The notes under the pieces: generated by a model
Database searches by the model: none
The model's input: the letters and a program-made list of their open reading frames with translations, nothing else
What the model was told of the DNA's origin: nothing
Source: Bacillota bacterium
GTDB taxonomy: Bacteria; Bacillota; Clostridia; Christensenellales; UMGS416
Length of the DNA stretch: 64,000 bases
Assembly: GCA_023435705.1 (NCBI GenBank)
Contig: JAEYRH010000003.1
Coordinates: 202,737 to 266,736, forward strand
Direction of reading: 5' to 3'
Made by a program: the position numbers and the translations under genes
Shown: one piece after another, positions 9,142 to 17,578 of the stretch
Numbering within the stretch: position 1 is the first letter of the stretch
Layout of the letters: each line of letters begins with the position of its first letter

Positions 9142-9414
9142 ATGAGCGAACCGATGATGATTTGTCAGAGCTGCTCGATGCCTTTGACCGATGAAGTGCT
9201 GGGCACAGAGCAAGACGGCAGCAAAAACCATGATTATTGCATGTATTGCTACAAGGACGGCGCCTTTACCGGCGAGCAGACGATGGAAGAGCATATTGAA
9301 ACCTGTGTGCCGTTCGTCTCCAACGGCGATCCGTGGCCGGATGCCGACACTGCCCGCGCGGAAATGAGAAAGCTGTTTCCCACACTAAAACGCTGGAAGG
9401 GTGAGGCAAAATGA
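9142..9414 (+). CDS. Small zinc-ribbon domain protein
   Basis: Start at MSEPMMICQSCSMPL (GGAGGG RBS). It has a CxxC...YCxYC arrangement: CQSCSMPLTDEVLGTEQDGSKNHDYCMYCYKDGAF. Its stop overlaps the next gene's start (ATGA). Confidence 0.7.
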   Translation: MSEPMMICQSCSMPLTDEVLGTEQDGSKNHDYCMYCYKDGAFTGEQTMEEHIETCVPFVSNGDPWPDADTARAEMRKLFPTLKRWKGEAK

Positions 9415-10259
9415 TCGAGATCCCCGAGGCTGCCGTGCTGGCCCGCCAATTGAATGCTGCCGTGCGGGGCAGGGCAATCCTGTCTGCAGAAGCCAACCAC
9501 TCCCCCCACCGGTTCGCATGGTATACCGGCGACCCTGCCGGATATGGCGTGATGCTTTCGGGCCGGCAGATTCTGGGCGCTGTGGGCAGCGGCGGGGCGC
9601 TTGAGCTGAAGCTCTCTGGCGGGCTCACGTTGTTTTTCAATGACGGCCCTACGCTTCGCCTGCACAAGGCCGGCGCCAAGCTGCCGGACAAACACCAACT
9701 GCTGCTGATGCTGGACGACGGCAGTGCGCTCACCGCCTCCATCCAAATGTATGGCGGCGTGACGGCGTTCCCGGACGACCATGTGGAGAATGTCTATTTG
9801 CAAGGTGGCAGGGAGAAGCCCAACCCACTGACAGAAGCGTTTGACCGTGCTTGGTTCGATCGCCTGCTGGCTGGTGAAGGTGTTGGCAACCTGAGCGCTA
9901 AGGCGTTTCTGGCAACCGAGCAGCGGGTCCCAGGCCTGGGCAATGGCGTGCTGCAGGACATACTCTACAACGCACAAATCCATCCCCGCCGCAAGATGGA
10001 AACGCTGAACCCTGATGATCTGGACCGGCTTTATCACAGTGTCAAAAGCACTCTGGCCGAGATGGACTCGGGTGGTGGCCGTGACACAGAGACGGGCCTT
10101 TATGGCTTGCCTGGTGGCTATCAGACGAAGCTCAGCCGTAACACTGTGGGCACTGCTTGCCCCCGATGCGGTTCCACGATCAAAAAGGAGCCTTATCTGG
10201 GCGGCGCCATCTATTGGTGCCCTGGCTGCCAGGCGGAGCCTGCGAAGAAAGGGAAGTGA
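9411..10259 (+). CDS. Fpg/Nei-family DNA glycosylase homolog with Ile in place of the catalytic Pro2
   Basis: N-terminus MIEIPEAAVL, compared with the canonical MPELPEVE. H2TH-like segment AFLATEQRVPGLGNGVLQDILYNAQIHPRRK. C-terminal zinc finger CPRCGSTIKKEPYLGGAIYWCPGCQ. Confidence 0.75.
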   Translation: MIEIPEAAVLARQLNAAVRGRAILSAEANHSPHRFAWYTGDPAGYGVMLSGRQILGAVGSGGALELKLSGGLTLFFNDGPTLRLHKAGAKLPDKHQLLLMLDDGSALTASIQMYGGVTAFPDDHVENVYLQGGREKPNPLTEAFDRAWFDRLLAGEGVGNLSAKAFLATEQRVPGLGNGVLQDILYNAQIHPRRKMETLNPDDLDRLYHSVKSTLAEMDSGGGRDTETGLYGLPGGYQTKLSRNTVGTACPRCGSTIKKEPYLGGAIYWCPGCQAEPAKKGK

Positions 10260-10548
10260 TCCGGCTCCTCATCCCCATCACCTTGTGAAGCGACCACCTC
10301 CCAGCCCCGCTGATAACCCTCATTCTCAACACTGTCTCCCTTGAACAGAACCACTCCCAGCCCTTCTCCCTCATGGGGGGAGGGTTATATTTGTTATATT
10401 GATCGTATTTCCTTCATCATACCTAACCCTATGAGGGTCACGGGGAGAAAAACCGGACAAAATTCTTCGCATTTCCCAAACTTCTTGCAGTCCACTGCCC
10501 ATACAGGTAAAATGATAGATCAGTGATCCGTTGATGGGAGGAAAGACA

Positions 10549-11244
10549 TTGGTCACACTGGAAGGCATTAAGCAGAACGAAGTGATCATGGCCTTGATCC
10601 GCGAGGCAAACAATGTGTTGGCCGCCATCGGCTACACCGAGCACGGCCAACGGCATGTGGGCTTTGTGAGCAATACGGCCTCGGCCATTCTGAAAAAACT
10701 GGATTACCCTGAGCGCACCGTGGAGTTGGCCGCCATCGCCGGTTGGGTGCACGACGTGGGCAACGTGATCAACCGCAAGCATCATGGCATCAATGGCGCC
10801 ACGCTATTGTTCCCGCTGCTGCGCGAAATGGGCATGGAGATGGCGGAGATCGCGAAGATCCTTTCTGCAGTCGGCAACCATGAGGAGGAAAACGGCATGC
10901 CGGTTTCCGACGTTTCCGCTGCGCTGATCATCGCGGACAAGTCTGACGCCCACCGCACCAGGGTGCGCAAGGGCAAGTATGACCCGTATGATATTCATGA
11001 CAGGGTGAACTACTCCATCAAAAAGAATTGGGTGGATGTGGACCCGGTCAAGCGCGTGATCACCTATGCCATGACGATGGACAATTCCTCCTCAGTGATG
11101 GAATTTATGCAGATCTTTCTGCGGCGCATGACAATGTGCGAAAAGGCAGCGGAGTTTCTGGAATGCCGGTTCGACCTGGTTGTCAACGGCGTGGTGATCA
11201 ACAACCAGAGAGCCAATGGCAAGGATGGCCCGGTTGTTAACTAA
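10549..11244 (+). CDS. HD-domain phosphohydrolase
   Basis: H...HD metal motif (GQRHVGFV ... WVHDVGN). I prefer the TTG at 10549, 7 nt after GGGAGG. The ORF track starts at 10531 and an ATG lies at 10534, so the start is uncertain. Confidence 0.7.
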   Translation: MVTLEGIKQNEVIMALIREANNVLAAIGYTEHGQRHVGFVSNTASAILKKLDYPERTVELAAIAGWVHDVGNVINRKHHGINGATLLFPLLREMGMEMAEIAKILSAVGNHEEENGMPVSDVSAALIIADKSDAHRTRVRKGKYDPYDIHDRVNYSIKKNWVDVDPVKRVITYAMTMDNSSSVMEFMQIFLRRMTMCEKAAEFLECRFDLVVNGVVINNQRANGKDGPVVN

Positions 11245-11279
11245 CAGGCAGATGAGATCGCAAGCGGGAGCAGATGCAG

Positions 11280-11951
11280 ATGTTTGGTATTATCGAGAGT
11301 ATCATCAACAATTTCGGGAATTGGATCTTACAACTCCTGTATTGGTTACCGGGGATGTTAATCGGATTTACAGTCCATGAGTTTTCCCATGCACTGGCGG
11401 CTGACCGGCTTGGAGACCCAACACCCCGAATGATGGGCAGGCTTACGCTGAACCCCGTCGCACACATCGATCCAGTGGGCTTCATTACATTGATTGTGGC
11501 ACACTTTGGCTGGGCCAAGCCTGTGATGACAAACCCATCGCGTTACAAGATTAAGCGATATGGATTCGCAATCGTTGGATTTGCTGGTCCATTCTCCAAT
11601 CTTGTACTTGGTATCTTCTTCATGACGATATATTACCTGCTTGCTTTTAATGGCTTGCTCATCGAAGACGGGCCTATCACGATGATACTCTATTATGCCG
11701 CGCTGGTTAATTTCTCCCTGATGGCGTTCAATCTTATTCCGATCCCCCCGCTGGATGGATACAATATCTTGAAGGATATTGTGTTAGTGCGGTTTGTTCG
11801 GTCGCAGACCCTGTGGTCATTTGAGCGGTATGGTACATTGATCCTGCTGGCATTGATTTTTATAGGGCCAACATCCTATATCATTTCAGCTGTCACTACA
11901 TTCTTCTTTAACACCGGATTTCAACTGTTTACGTTGATATTCGGTTATTGA
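11280..11951 (+). CDS. Site-2 protease (M50) family membrane metalloprotease
   Basis: HEFSHALAADRLGD (HExxH) and NLIPIPPLDG motifs, and a multi-TM protein. The ATG at 11280 has better spacing from GGGAG than the ATG at 11274. Confidence 0.8.
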   Translation: MFGIIESIINNFGNWILQLLYWLPGMLIGFTVHEFSHALAADRLGDPTPRMMGRLTLNPVAHIDPVGFITLIVAHFGWAKPVMTNPSRYKIKRYGFAIVGFAGPFSNLVLGIFFMTIYYLLAFNGLLIEDGPITMILYYAALVNFSLMAFNLIPIPPLDGYNILKDIVLVRFVRSQTLWSFERYGTLILLALIFIGPTSYIISAVTTFFFNTGFQLFTLIFGY

Positions 11952-11960
11952 CGAAACGCT

Positions 11961-12710
11961 ATGGCATATCATGTATCGCTTGCCATGTTCGACGGCCCGC
12001 TGGATCTGCTGCTCTACCTGATTTCCAGGGCGCAGGTGGATATCCGCGACATCTTCATTTCAGAAATTACAGACCAATTCCTGGACTACATGGCCGGGCT
12101 GGACGAGCTTGACATGGATCGCGCCAGCGAGTTTTTGGAGATGGCCGCAAGGCTGCTGGAGATCAAGTCCCGCCGGTTGCTGCCCGGTGAGCCTGAGGCG
12201 GAAAAGGATGAGGAAGACCCGGAGCAGCTGCTGATCCGGCAGCTGGAGGAATACAAGCTCATCAAGGCTGCCAGCGCCTCCTTGCAGGAAAAGGCAAAGC
12301 AAGCAGCCAACGTGTATTACCGCCTGCCCATGGAGATTGTGAAGGGCACTGACTTTGACATCACAAATGCCGATGCAGCTTTGCTGGGCCGTGCTTTTGC
12401 GATGCTGCTGGCCAGGGTGCAGGAGGAAGAGGAAGACAAGCCCGAGCGGCACATTGAGCGGGAGAGCTTCACGGTGCAGCAGATGATTTTCCGCATCCAG
12501 GGCATCCTTGCGGAAAGCCGGGCACCGGTTAGCTTCCGGGCCCTGTTTCTTGAGCGGCCAGGCAGGGAAGAGGTCATCACGGCGTTCTTCGCACTGTTGG
12601 AGCTTTTGAAGCTCAACCGCATTGGTATCCGGCAGGACAGCCTGTATGGCGGGATCACCATTGAACCCAGGCAAAAAACCACCGAGGAGGCGGAGCATGG
12701 AGAGGAATGA
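11961..12710 (+). CDS. scpA: Segregation and condensation protein A
   Basis: FDGPLDLLLYLISRAQVDIRDIFISEITDQFL is the hallmark ScpA N-terminus. It is followed by scpB. Confidence 0.9.
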   Translation: MAYHVSLAMFDGPLDLLLYLISRAQVDIRDIFISEITDQFLDYMAGLDELDMDRASEFLEMAARLLEIKSRRLLPGEPEAEKDEEDPEQLLIRQLEEYKLIKAASASLQEKAKQAANVYYRLPMEIVKGTDFDITNADAALLGRAFAMLLARVQEEEEDKPERHIERESFTVQQMIFRIQGILAESRAPVSFRALFLERPGREEVITAFFALLELLKLNRIGIRQDSLYGGITIEPRQKTTEEAEHGEE

Positions 12711-13272
12711 AATACAGGCGGCCATCGAGGCCATCCTGTTTGCGTCTGGTGGCCCCGTGCCCGCATCGGTGCTGGCGGATGCCCTTGGAGTGACTGAGTT
12801 GGAGCTCAGGCCGGCGCTGGAGGAATTGATTGACCGGCTGCGGTTTGATCGCCGGGGCATTCAGATTGTGCGGGTGGAGGATGGCTTGCAGATGGCCACC
12901 AATGCCCTCTACGGTGACTTCGTGCAGGCTGCGCTGGCCCCCCGTCAGAGCAGGCCGCTGTCGCAGTCGGCACTGGAAACGCTGTCTGTGATCGCCTACC
13001 GTCAACCAGTGACTCGCCGCGACATTGAGGAAATCCGCGGTGTAAGCTCCGACTACAGCCTGGAGGTGCTATTGAAGCGCGGCCTCATCTGCGAGGCAGG
13101 CCATGCCGACCGGCTGGGCAGGCCTGTGCAGTTTGCCACCACAGAGGAGTTTTTGCGGTGTTTTGCGTTGGAATCGTTGGAGCAGCTGCCAAGGCTGGAG
13201 CAGCTCAAGCCACCGGATGGCGATCAGGCAGTTGAGCCGGCGGGGGATGAAGACGATTCCGCCAGTGACTGA
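12697..13272 (+). CDS. scpB: Segregation and condensation protein B
   Basis: Start at MERNEIQAAIEAILFASGGPV (GGAGG RBS), overlapping the scpA end by 14 nt. Contains LETLSVIAYRQPVTRRDIEEIRGV. Confidence 0.9.
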   Translation: MERNEIQAAIEAILFASGGPVPASVLADALGVTELELRPALEELIDRLRFDRRGIQIVRVEDGLQMATNALYGDFVQAALAPRQSRPLSQSALETLSVIAYRQPVTRRDIEEIRGVSSDYSLEVLLKRGLICEAGHADRLGRPVQFATTEEFLRCFALESLEQLPRLEQLKPPDGDQAVEPAGDEDDSASD

Positions 13273-13334
13273 ATTCCTCAAGCATGACTCGCCCTGCCAC
13301 TTCGTGGCATCCCCTACAGGAGGGAGTAAATTGC

Positions 13335-13904
13335 ATGATCACTGTCCGTCAGGCAATTGATGCGTTGGAAAACGCACCGGTCATCGCAGCAATCAAATCA
13401 CAGGAGTGTGCGCAAGCCGCTGCACGGTCGCCTGTTTCTGTGGCCTTTGTGCTTGGCGGCAGCATCCTGACCATGGATCGCATTATGGAGGAGCTGACCG
13501 GTGCCGGCAAGCTTGTCTTTTTGCACATGGATTTGATAGAGGGCATCGGCCGGGATGAAGCTGGGCTGATATTCGCTGCGCGGCATTGGCGGCCAACGGG
13601 CATCATCTCCACACGGGCGCAACTGGTAAAGGCAGCCCGAGAGCATGGGCTACTGGCTATCCAACGGGTTTTTCTGCTGGACTCAGGATCGATCAAGAGC
13701 GGAATCCAGCTGATCAGCCAGTGCAGCCCCGACTTTGTGGAGGTCATGCCCGGCGTGATTCCCAAGGCCATAGGCCAGTTCAAAGCTGCCGGCCGGCCGG
13801 TGATCGCCGGAGGGATGGTGACGGAGCGGGCCGAGGTGATTGATGCGCTGGCTGCCGGCGCTCTGGCGGTGTCTACCAGCAGCCGGGAGTTATGGAATGA
13901 GTAG
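13335..13904 (+). CDS. glpP: GlpP-family glycerol-3-phosphate responsive antiterminator homolog
   Basis: MITVRQAIDALENAPVIAAIKS..., FLHMDLIEGIGRDEAG and ISTR are typical of GlpP. RBS GGAGGGAG. No glp genes are nearby. Confidence 0.7.
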   Translation: MITVRQAIDALENAPVIAAIKSQECAQAAARSPVSVAFVLGGSILTMDRIMEELTGAGKLVFLHMDLIEGIGRDEAGLIFAARHWRPTGIISTRAQLVKAAREHGLLAIQRVFLLDSGSIKSGIQLISQCSPDFVEVMPGVIPKAIGQFKAAGRPVIAGGMVTERAEVIDALAAGALAVSTSSRELWNE

Positions 13905-13929
13905 GATAATTTTGGCACAGGAGTGAATT

Positions 13930-14262
13930 ATGGCGCTTGATTTCTCTTCACCATCACCGGAGGGCTATCTCCAAGGTGCGCCCGGTATCCGCCGGAAAAC
14001 GCTGGTCTTTGGCCAGAAGGAGCTTCTCTGTGAGTTCCGCCTGGAAGCCGGCAACCCGTTGCCCCGCCACAGCCACCCGGAGGAGCAGGCCGGTTATCTG
14101 GTGAGCGGCCACATCGTGCTTCACTATAACAATGAGGCCCATGACGTTCTGCCTGGGGCAGCCTGGTGCATCCCCGGCGGCGTTGAGCATTGGGCTGATG
14201 TGCTGGAAGACAGCGTGGCCATTGAGGTCTTCGCGCCGGTGCGGCAGGATTATTTGCCATGA
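13930..14262 (+). CDS. Cupin-domain protein
   Basis: 110 aa, with cupin motifs HSHPEEQAGYLVSG and PGGVEHWA. Confidence 0.7.
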   Translation: MALDFSSPSPEGYLQGAPGIRRKTLVFGQKELLCEFRLEAGNPLPRHSHPEEQAGYLVSGHIVLHYNNEAHDVLPGAAWCIPGGVEHWADVLEDSVAIEVFAPVRQDYLP

Positions 14263-14412
14263 TTACTTGAGAGGAATACAACTTGAAACAGGCAATTGAA
14301 ATTTTGCCGGATACTTTTGGGCTGAGGATCATTTTTCTATTGTTTACTCTTTACTCTGCCGTTAGGGAAGCCTGTATATTTAAAACTATTATATTGTCAA
14401 GGAGGCTTTCCA

Positions 14413-15357
14413 ATGAACGAGTTGGTCAAGATTAAAGACGTATCGTTCCAGTATGACATATCCGCCCGCACACTCCGCTACTACGAGGATATGGGGCTGA
14501 TTACCAGTACACGCAGTGATGATTATGCATACCGCCTGTACGATGAAGCCGCTGTCAAGCGGCTGGAGCAGATTTTGATTCTGCGCAAGCTGAATGTCAG
14601 CATCAAGGACATTCGGCGTGTGTTCGACACCTCCGGCTCCGAGGTGGTGCTGGAAGTACTGGGCAAAAAAGTTGCCGATATTGACAATGAAGTCGCCCTA
14701 TTGCATGAACTGAAAGAGATTGTGCTGGAGTTTATCAGTCAAATTCAAAAGGCGGATTTCCACAAGGACAGCGACGTGAAGCTGCTGTATGAAAAGGCAA
14801 AAGATATTGAAGCACAGATCGTTAATGTTGACTACAATGGCAATCCATCCAACGTGGAACGTTTGCTTGAAGTGACCAAAAAACTGGAGAAAAAGGCGGA
14901 CATACGGATCGTCGAGTTGCCGCCGTGCAGAATGGCGACTTCCGGAGTGAAAAATGGCGACAACCATAAGAGATTTGAAAAAATGTGGAGCAGACTTGAT
15001 AAAAACCGTAAGGATAAGTTCTTCCCGAGGGATTTCATGTGGTATGACGAGGATTCAGGAAAAACGGTTTGGTGGTATGCCATTGAGGAATGGGTAACAG
15101 AGGCGGATACGGCGGGTTTTGAAATTGTTGATTTTGAGGGTGGCTTGTATGCAACCGTGATCGTACCGGACTTTGACTACAGCGAGGCCAAGCGGGCGTA
15201 TGACAGCTTGACAGCATGGATCGCCGAGCACGATAACTTTGCTCTTGATCAACGTCACGGTCACAAAGCGTTGTGGCATGTCACCAGTCCAGACACCCGA
15301 AAACTCTTGGGATACAGGCAAGTCGAGTATTTTTTCGCGATTCGCGTCATCAAGTAA
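14413..15357 (+). CDS. MerR-family transcriptional regulator with a C-terminal GyrI-like effector-binding domain
   Basis: IKDVSFQYDISARTLRYYEDMGLI is a MerR HTH. It is followed by a coiled-coil and a ~150-aa effector-binding-like C-terminus. RBS AGGAGG. Confidence 0.8.
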   Translation: MNELVKIKDVSFQYDISARTLRYYEDMGLITSTRSDDYAYRLYDEAAVKRLEQILILRKLNVSIKDIRRVFDTSGSEVVLEVLGKKVADIDNEVALLHELKEIVLEFISQIQKADFHKDSDVKLLYEKAKDIEAQIVNVDYNGNPSNVERLLEVTKKLEKKADIRIVELPPCRMATSGVKNGDNHKRFEKMWSRLDKNRKDKFFPRDFMWYDEDSGKTVWWYAIEEWVTEADTAGFEIVDFEGGLYATVIVPDFDYSEAKRAYDSLTAWIAEHDNFALDQRHGHKALWHVTSPDTRKLLGYRQVEYFFAIRVIK

Positions 15358-15563
15358 CTGTACCAAATAAGTATAATTCCAAGTAGCCAATTTCCTAATT
15401 TCCTGACACGAATGGTGTATAAACATCCGCATCTTGCCGGGCAATCCCCGACCTTGATGCCAATGCCGCGCATCCACCCATCCGGTGTATTCATGCTATT
15501 TTCCAATTGTGTTTTGTCAGTATGAATGATACCATTATCCAAACCATTGCGGAGGAATCATCT

Positions 15564-15833
15564 GTGAGAGCGATTATTACCGTAGTCGGCCAAGACATGA
15601 TGGGCATCATCGCCCGTGTGTCAGCCATTTTGGCCGCCAATAATGTAAACATCCTTGATATCAGCCAATCGGTGCTGCAGGAGTTTTTCGCGATGGTGAT
15701 GCTGGTGGATCTGGCCAAGTGCGAAGCACCCTTTGCCGATTTACAAGCCAAACTGGAAGAGGGAGGCCGCGAGCTTGGCATGACGGTGCGCATCCAGCAT
15801 GAAGCGGTCTTCCAGGCGATGCACCGGATATAA
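15564..15833 (+). CDS. ACT-domain protein of the UPF0237 family
   Basis: GTG start 7 nt after GGAGGA gives (M)[37 protein letters not shown], about 89 aa. It is paired with the UPF0210 gene downstream. Confidence 0.75.
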   Translation: MRAIITVVGQDMMGIIARVSAILAANNVNILDISQSVLQEFFAMVMLVDLAKCEAPFADLQAKLEEGGRELGMTVRIQHEAVFQAMHRI

Positions 15834-15861
15834 GGATGCCGCAGAGCGGCAGGGGGAGTTT

Positions 15862-17220
15862 ATGTTAACCCATACCGAAATATTGCAGACCATCCGCATG
15901 ATCGAGCAGGAGAACCTGGACATCCGCACGATCACAATGGGGATATCCCTGCGGGACTGCGCCGATTCTGATGCCAGGGCCTCGCAGCAGAAGGTTTATG
16001 ACAAGATCTGCCGCATGGCAAAGGATCTGGTCGCTGTGGGTGAAGCCATCGAAAGAGAATATGGCATCCCGATTGTGAACAAGCGCATCAGTGTGACGCC
16101 GATCGCTTTGGTCGCGGAAAGCTCCCGTGAAAGCGACATGACCCCGTGGGCCCATGCGATGGACCGGGCAGCCCGCGAGGTGGGTGTGAATTTCATCGGA
16201 GGCTTCAGCGCGCTGGTGCATAAAGGCTATACGGTTGGCGACAGGGCGCTGGTCAACAGCATTCCGGAGGCGCTTGCCCAAACCGAGCGGGTGTGCGCAT
16301 CGGTCAATGTGGCCACAATCCGCGCCGGCATCAATATGGACGCCGTGGCTGAAATGGGCCGCGTGGTGAAGCGATGCGCGGAGCTCACGGCTGACCGGGG
16401 CGCAGTGGCTTGCTCAAAGCTTGTGGTGTTTGCCAACGCCGTGGAGGACAACCCCTTCATGGCCGGTGCGTTCCACGGCGTGGGAGAGCCGGAGTGCGCA
16501 ATCCATGTGGGTGTGTCCGGCCCCGGTGTGGTCAAGCACGCATTGGAGCAGGTGCGTGGCGAGAAATTTGACGTTGTGGCCGAGACGATCAAGCGCACGG
16601 CCTTCAAGATCACACGAATGGGTCAGTTGGTGGCCGAGGAAGCCTCCAGGCGGCTGGGTGTGGAGTTTGGAATTGTGGATCTTTCACTTGCCCCCACGCC
16701 GGCCATTGGCGACTCGGTGGCCGCGATCCTGGAAGAAATGGGTCTTGAGCGCACCGGGGCCCCCGGCACCACAGCGGCGCTGGCGATGCTCAACGATGCG
16801 GTGAAAAAGGGTGGCGTGATGGCCTCCAGCCATGTGGGCGGGTTGTCCGGCGCGTTCATCCCGGTGAGTGAGGATGAAGGCATGGTCAATGCCGTTCTGG
16901 CCGGTGCGCTCACGTTGGAGAAGCTGGAGGCGATGACCTGTGTGTGCTCGGTGGGGCTGGATATGATCGCCATCCCCGGAGACACACCGGCGGAAACCAT
17001 CGCTGCCATCATCGCCGATGAGGCGGCTATCGGTGTGGTGAACCAAAAAACCACTGCTGTGCGCATACTCCCCATCCCTGGCGGCAAGCCCGGCGACATC
17101 GTGGAGTATGGCGGGCTGTTTGGCCGGGCGCCGGTGATGCCGGTGAGCCAGTTTTCCAGCAAGGCATTCATTGACCGCGGGGGAAGGATCCCCGCGCCGC
17201 TGCACAGTTTGAAAAACTGA
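15862..17220 (+). CDS. PFL-like UPF0210 (DUF711) family protein
   Basis: [33 protein letters not shown] matches the typical UPF0210 N-terminus. 452 aa. RBS GGGGGAG. Confidence 0.8.
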   Translation: MLTHTEILQTIRMIEQENLDIRTITMGISLRDCADSDARASQQKVYDKICRMAKDLVAVGEAIEREYGIPIVNKRISVTPIALVAESSRESDMTPWAHAMDRAAREVGVNFIGGFSALVHKGYTVGDRALVNSIPEALAQTERVCASVNVATIRAGINMDAVAEMGRVVKRCAELTADRGAVACSKLVVFANAVEDNPFMAGAFHGVGEPECAIHVGVSGPGVVKHALEQVRGEKFDVVAETIKRTAFKITRMGQLVAEEASRRLGVEFGIVDLSLAPTPAIGDSVAAILEEMGLERTGAPGTTAALAMLNDAVKKGGVMASSHVGGLSGAFIPVSEDEGMVNAVLAGALTLEKLEAMTCVCSVGLDMIAIPGDTPAETIAAIIADEAAIGVVNQKTTAVRILPIPGGKPGDIVEYGGLFGRAPVMPVSQFSSKAFIDRGGRIPAPLHSLKN

Positions 17221-17261
17221 TTGTATCCATTCTCATCTCCACCCCTTGTTGACCCAACTAG

Positions 17262-17298
17262 CCGCCATTATCAGGATTGTGTCCTGCATGGCGGTTTT
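17262..17298 (+). terminator. Rho-independent terminator after the UPF0210 gene
   Basis: CCGCCAT ... ATGGCGG with an inner CAGGA/TCCTG stem, followed by TTTTCTTGTTGTT. Confidence 0.7.
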
Positions 17299-17393
17299 CT
17301 TGTTGTTCAGCCTGAAGCAGCATAGTGGCTCCGCCCGGGATGCTTTATTGTTGTGCAAATACAGTGCGATAGAATCTGTATCTTAACTACGAT

Positions 17394-17413
17394 TTGTCGA
17401 ATATTGTCGAATA
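17394..17413 (+). repeat. Perfect 2 x 10-bp direct repeat TTGTCGAATA upstream of the first chemoreceptor gene
   Basis: Read directly from the sequence: gatTTGTCGAATATTGTCGAATAtagg, about 165 nt upstream of the ATG at 17579. Confidence 0.6.
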
Positions 17414-17578
17414 TAGGAAATATTTGTTACAACCAATTGAAATCAGGGTATTAAATTTGCAGTAGTAATGAATCGCGGCTCCAATGAATGTTTAGGCACC
17501 AATACCAGTTTGGCAGTTCTGGCAGTCTTCGGCAGCAATCGAACCCGGCACTACAACCGAAAAGTGGAGGATGAAACA

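Noticed and set aside
17480-17560. Repeated TGGCAG motifs (tttGGCAGttctGGCAGtcttcGGCAGc) as a possible sigma-54 promoter, and the GTCGAATA units as a sigma-D type -10 box, for the first MCP gene.
   Set aside because: The GG-to-GC spacing is off by 1-2 nt from the TGGCAC-N5-TTGCA geometry in every register. No TAAA -35 box lies at 14-16 nt from either GTCGAATA.
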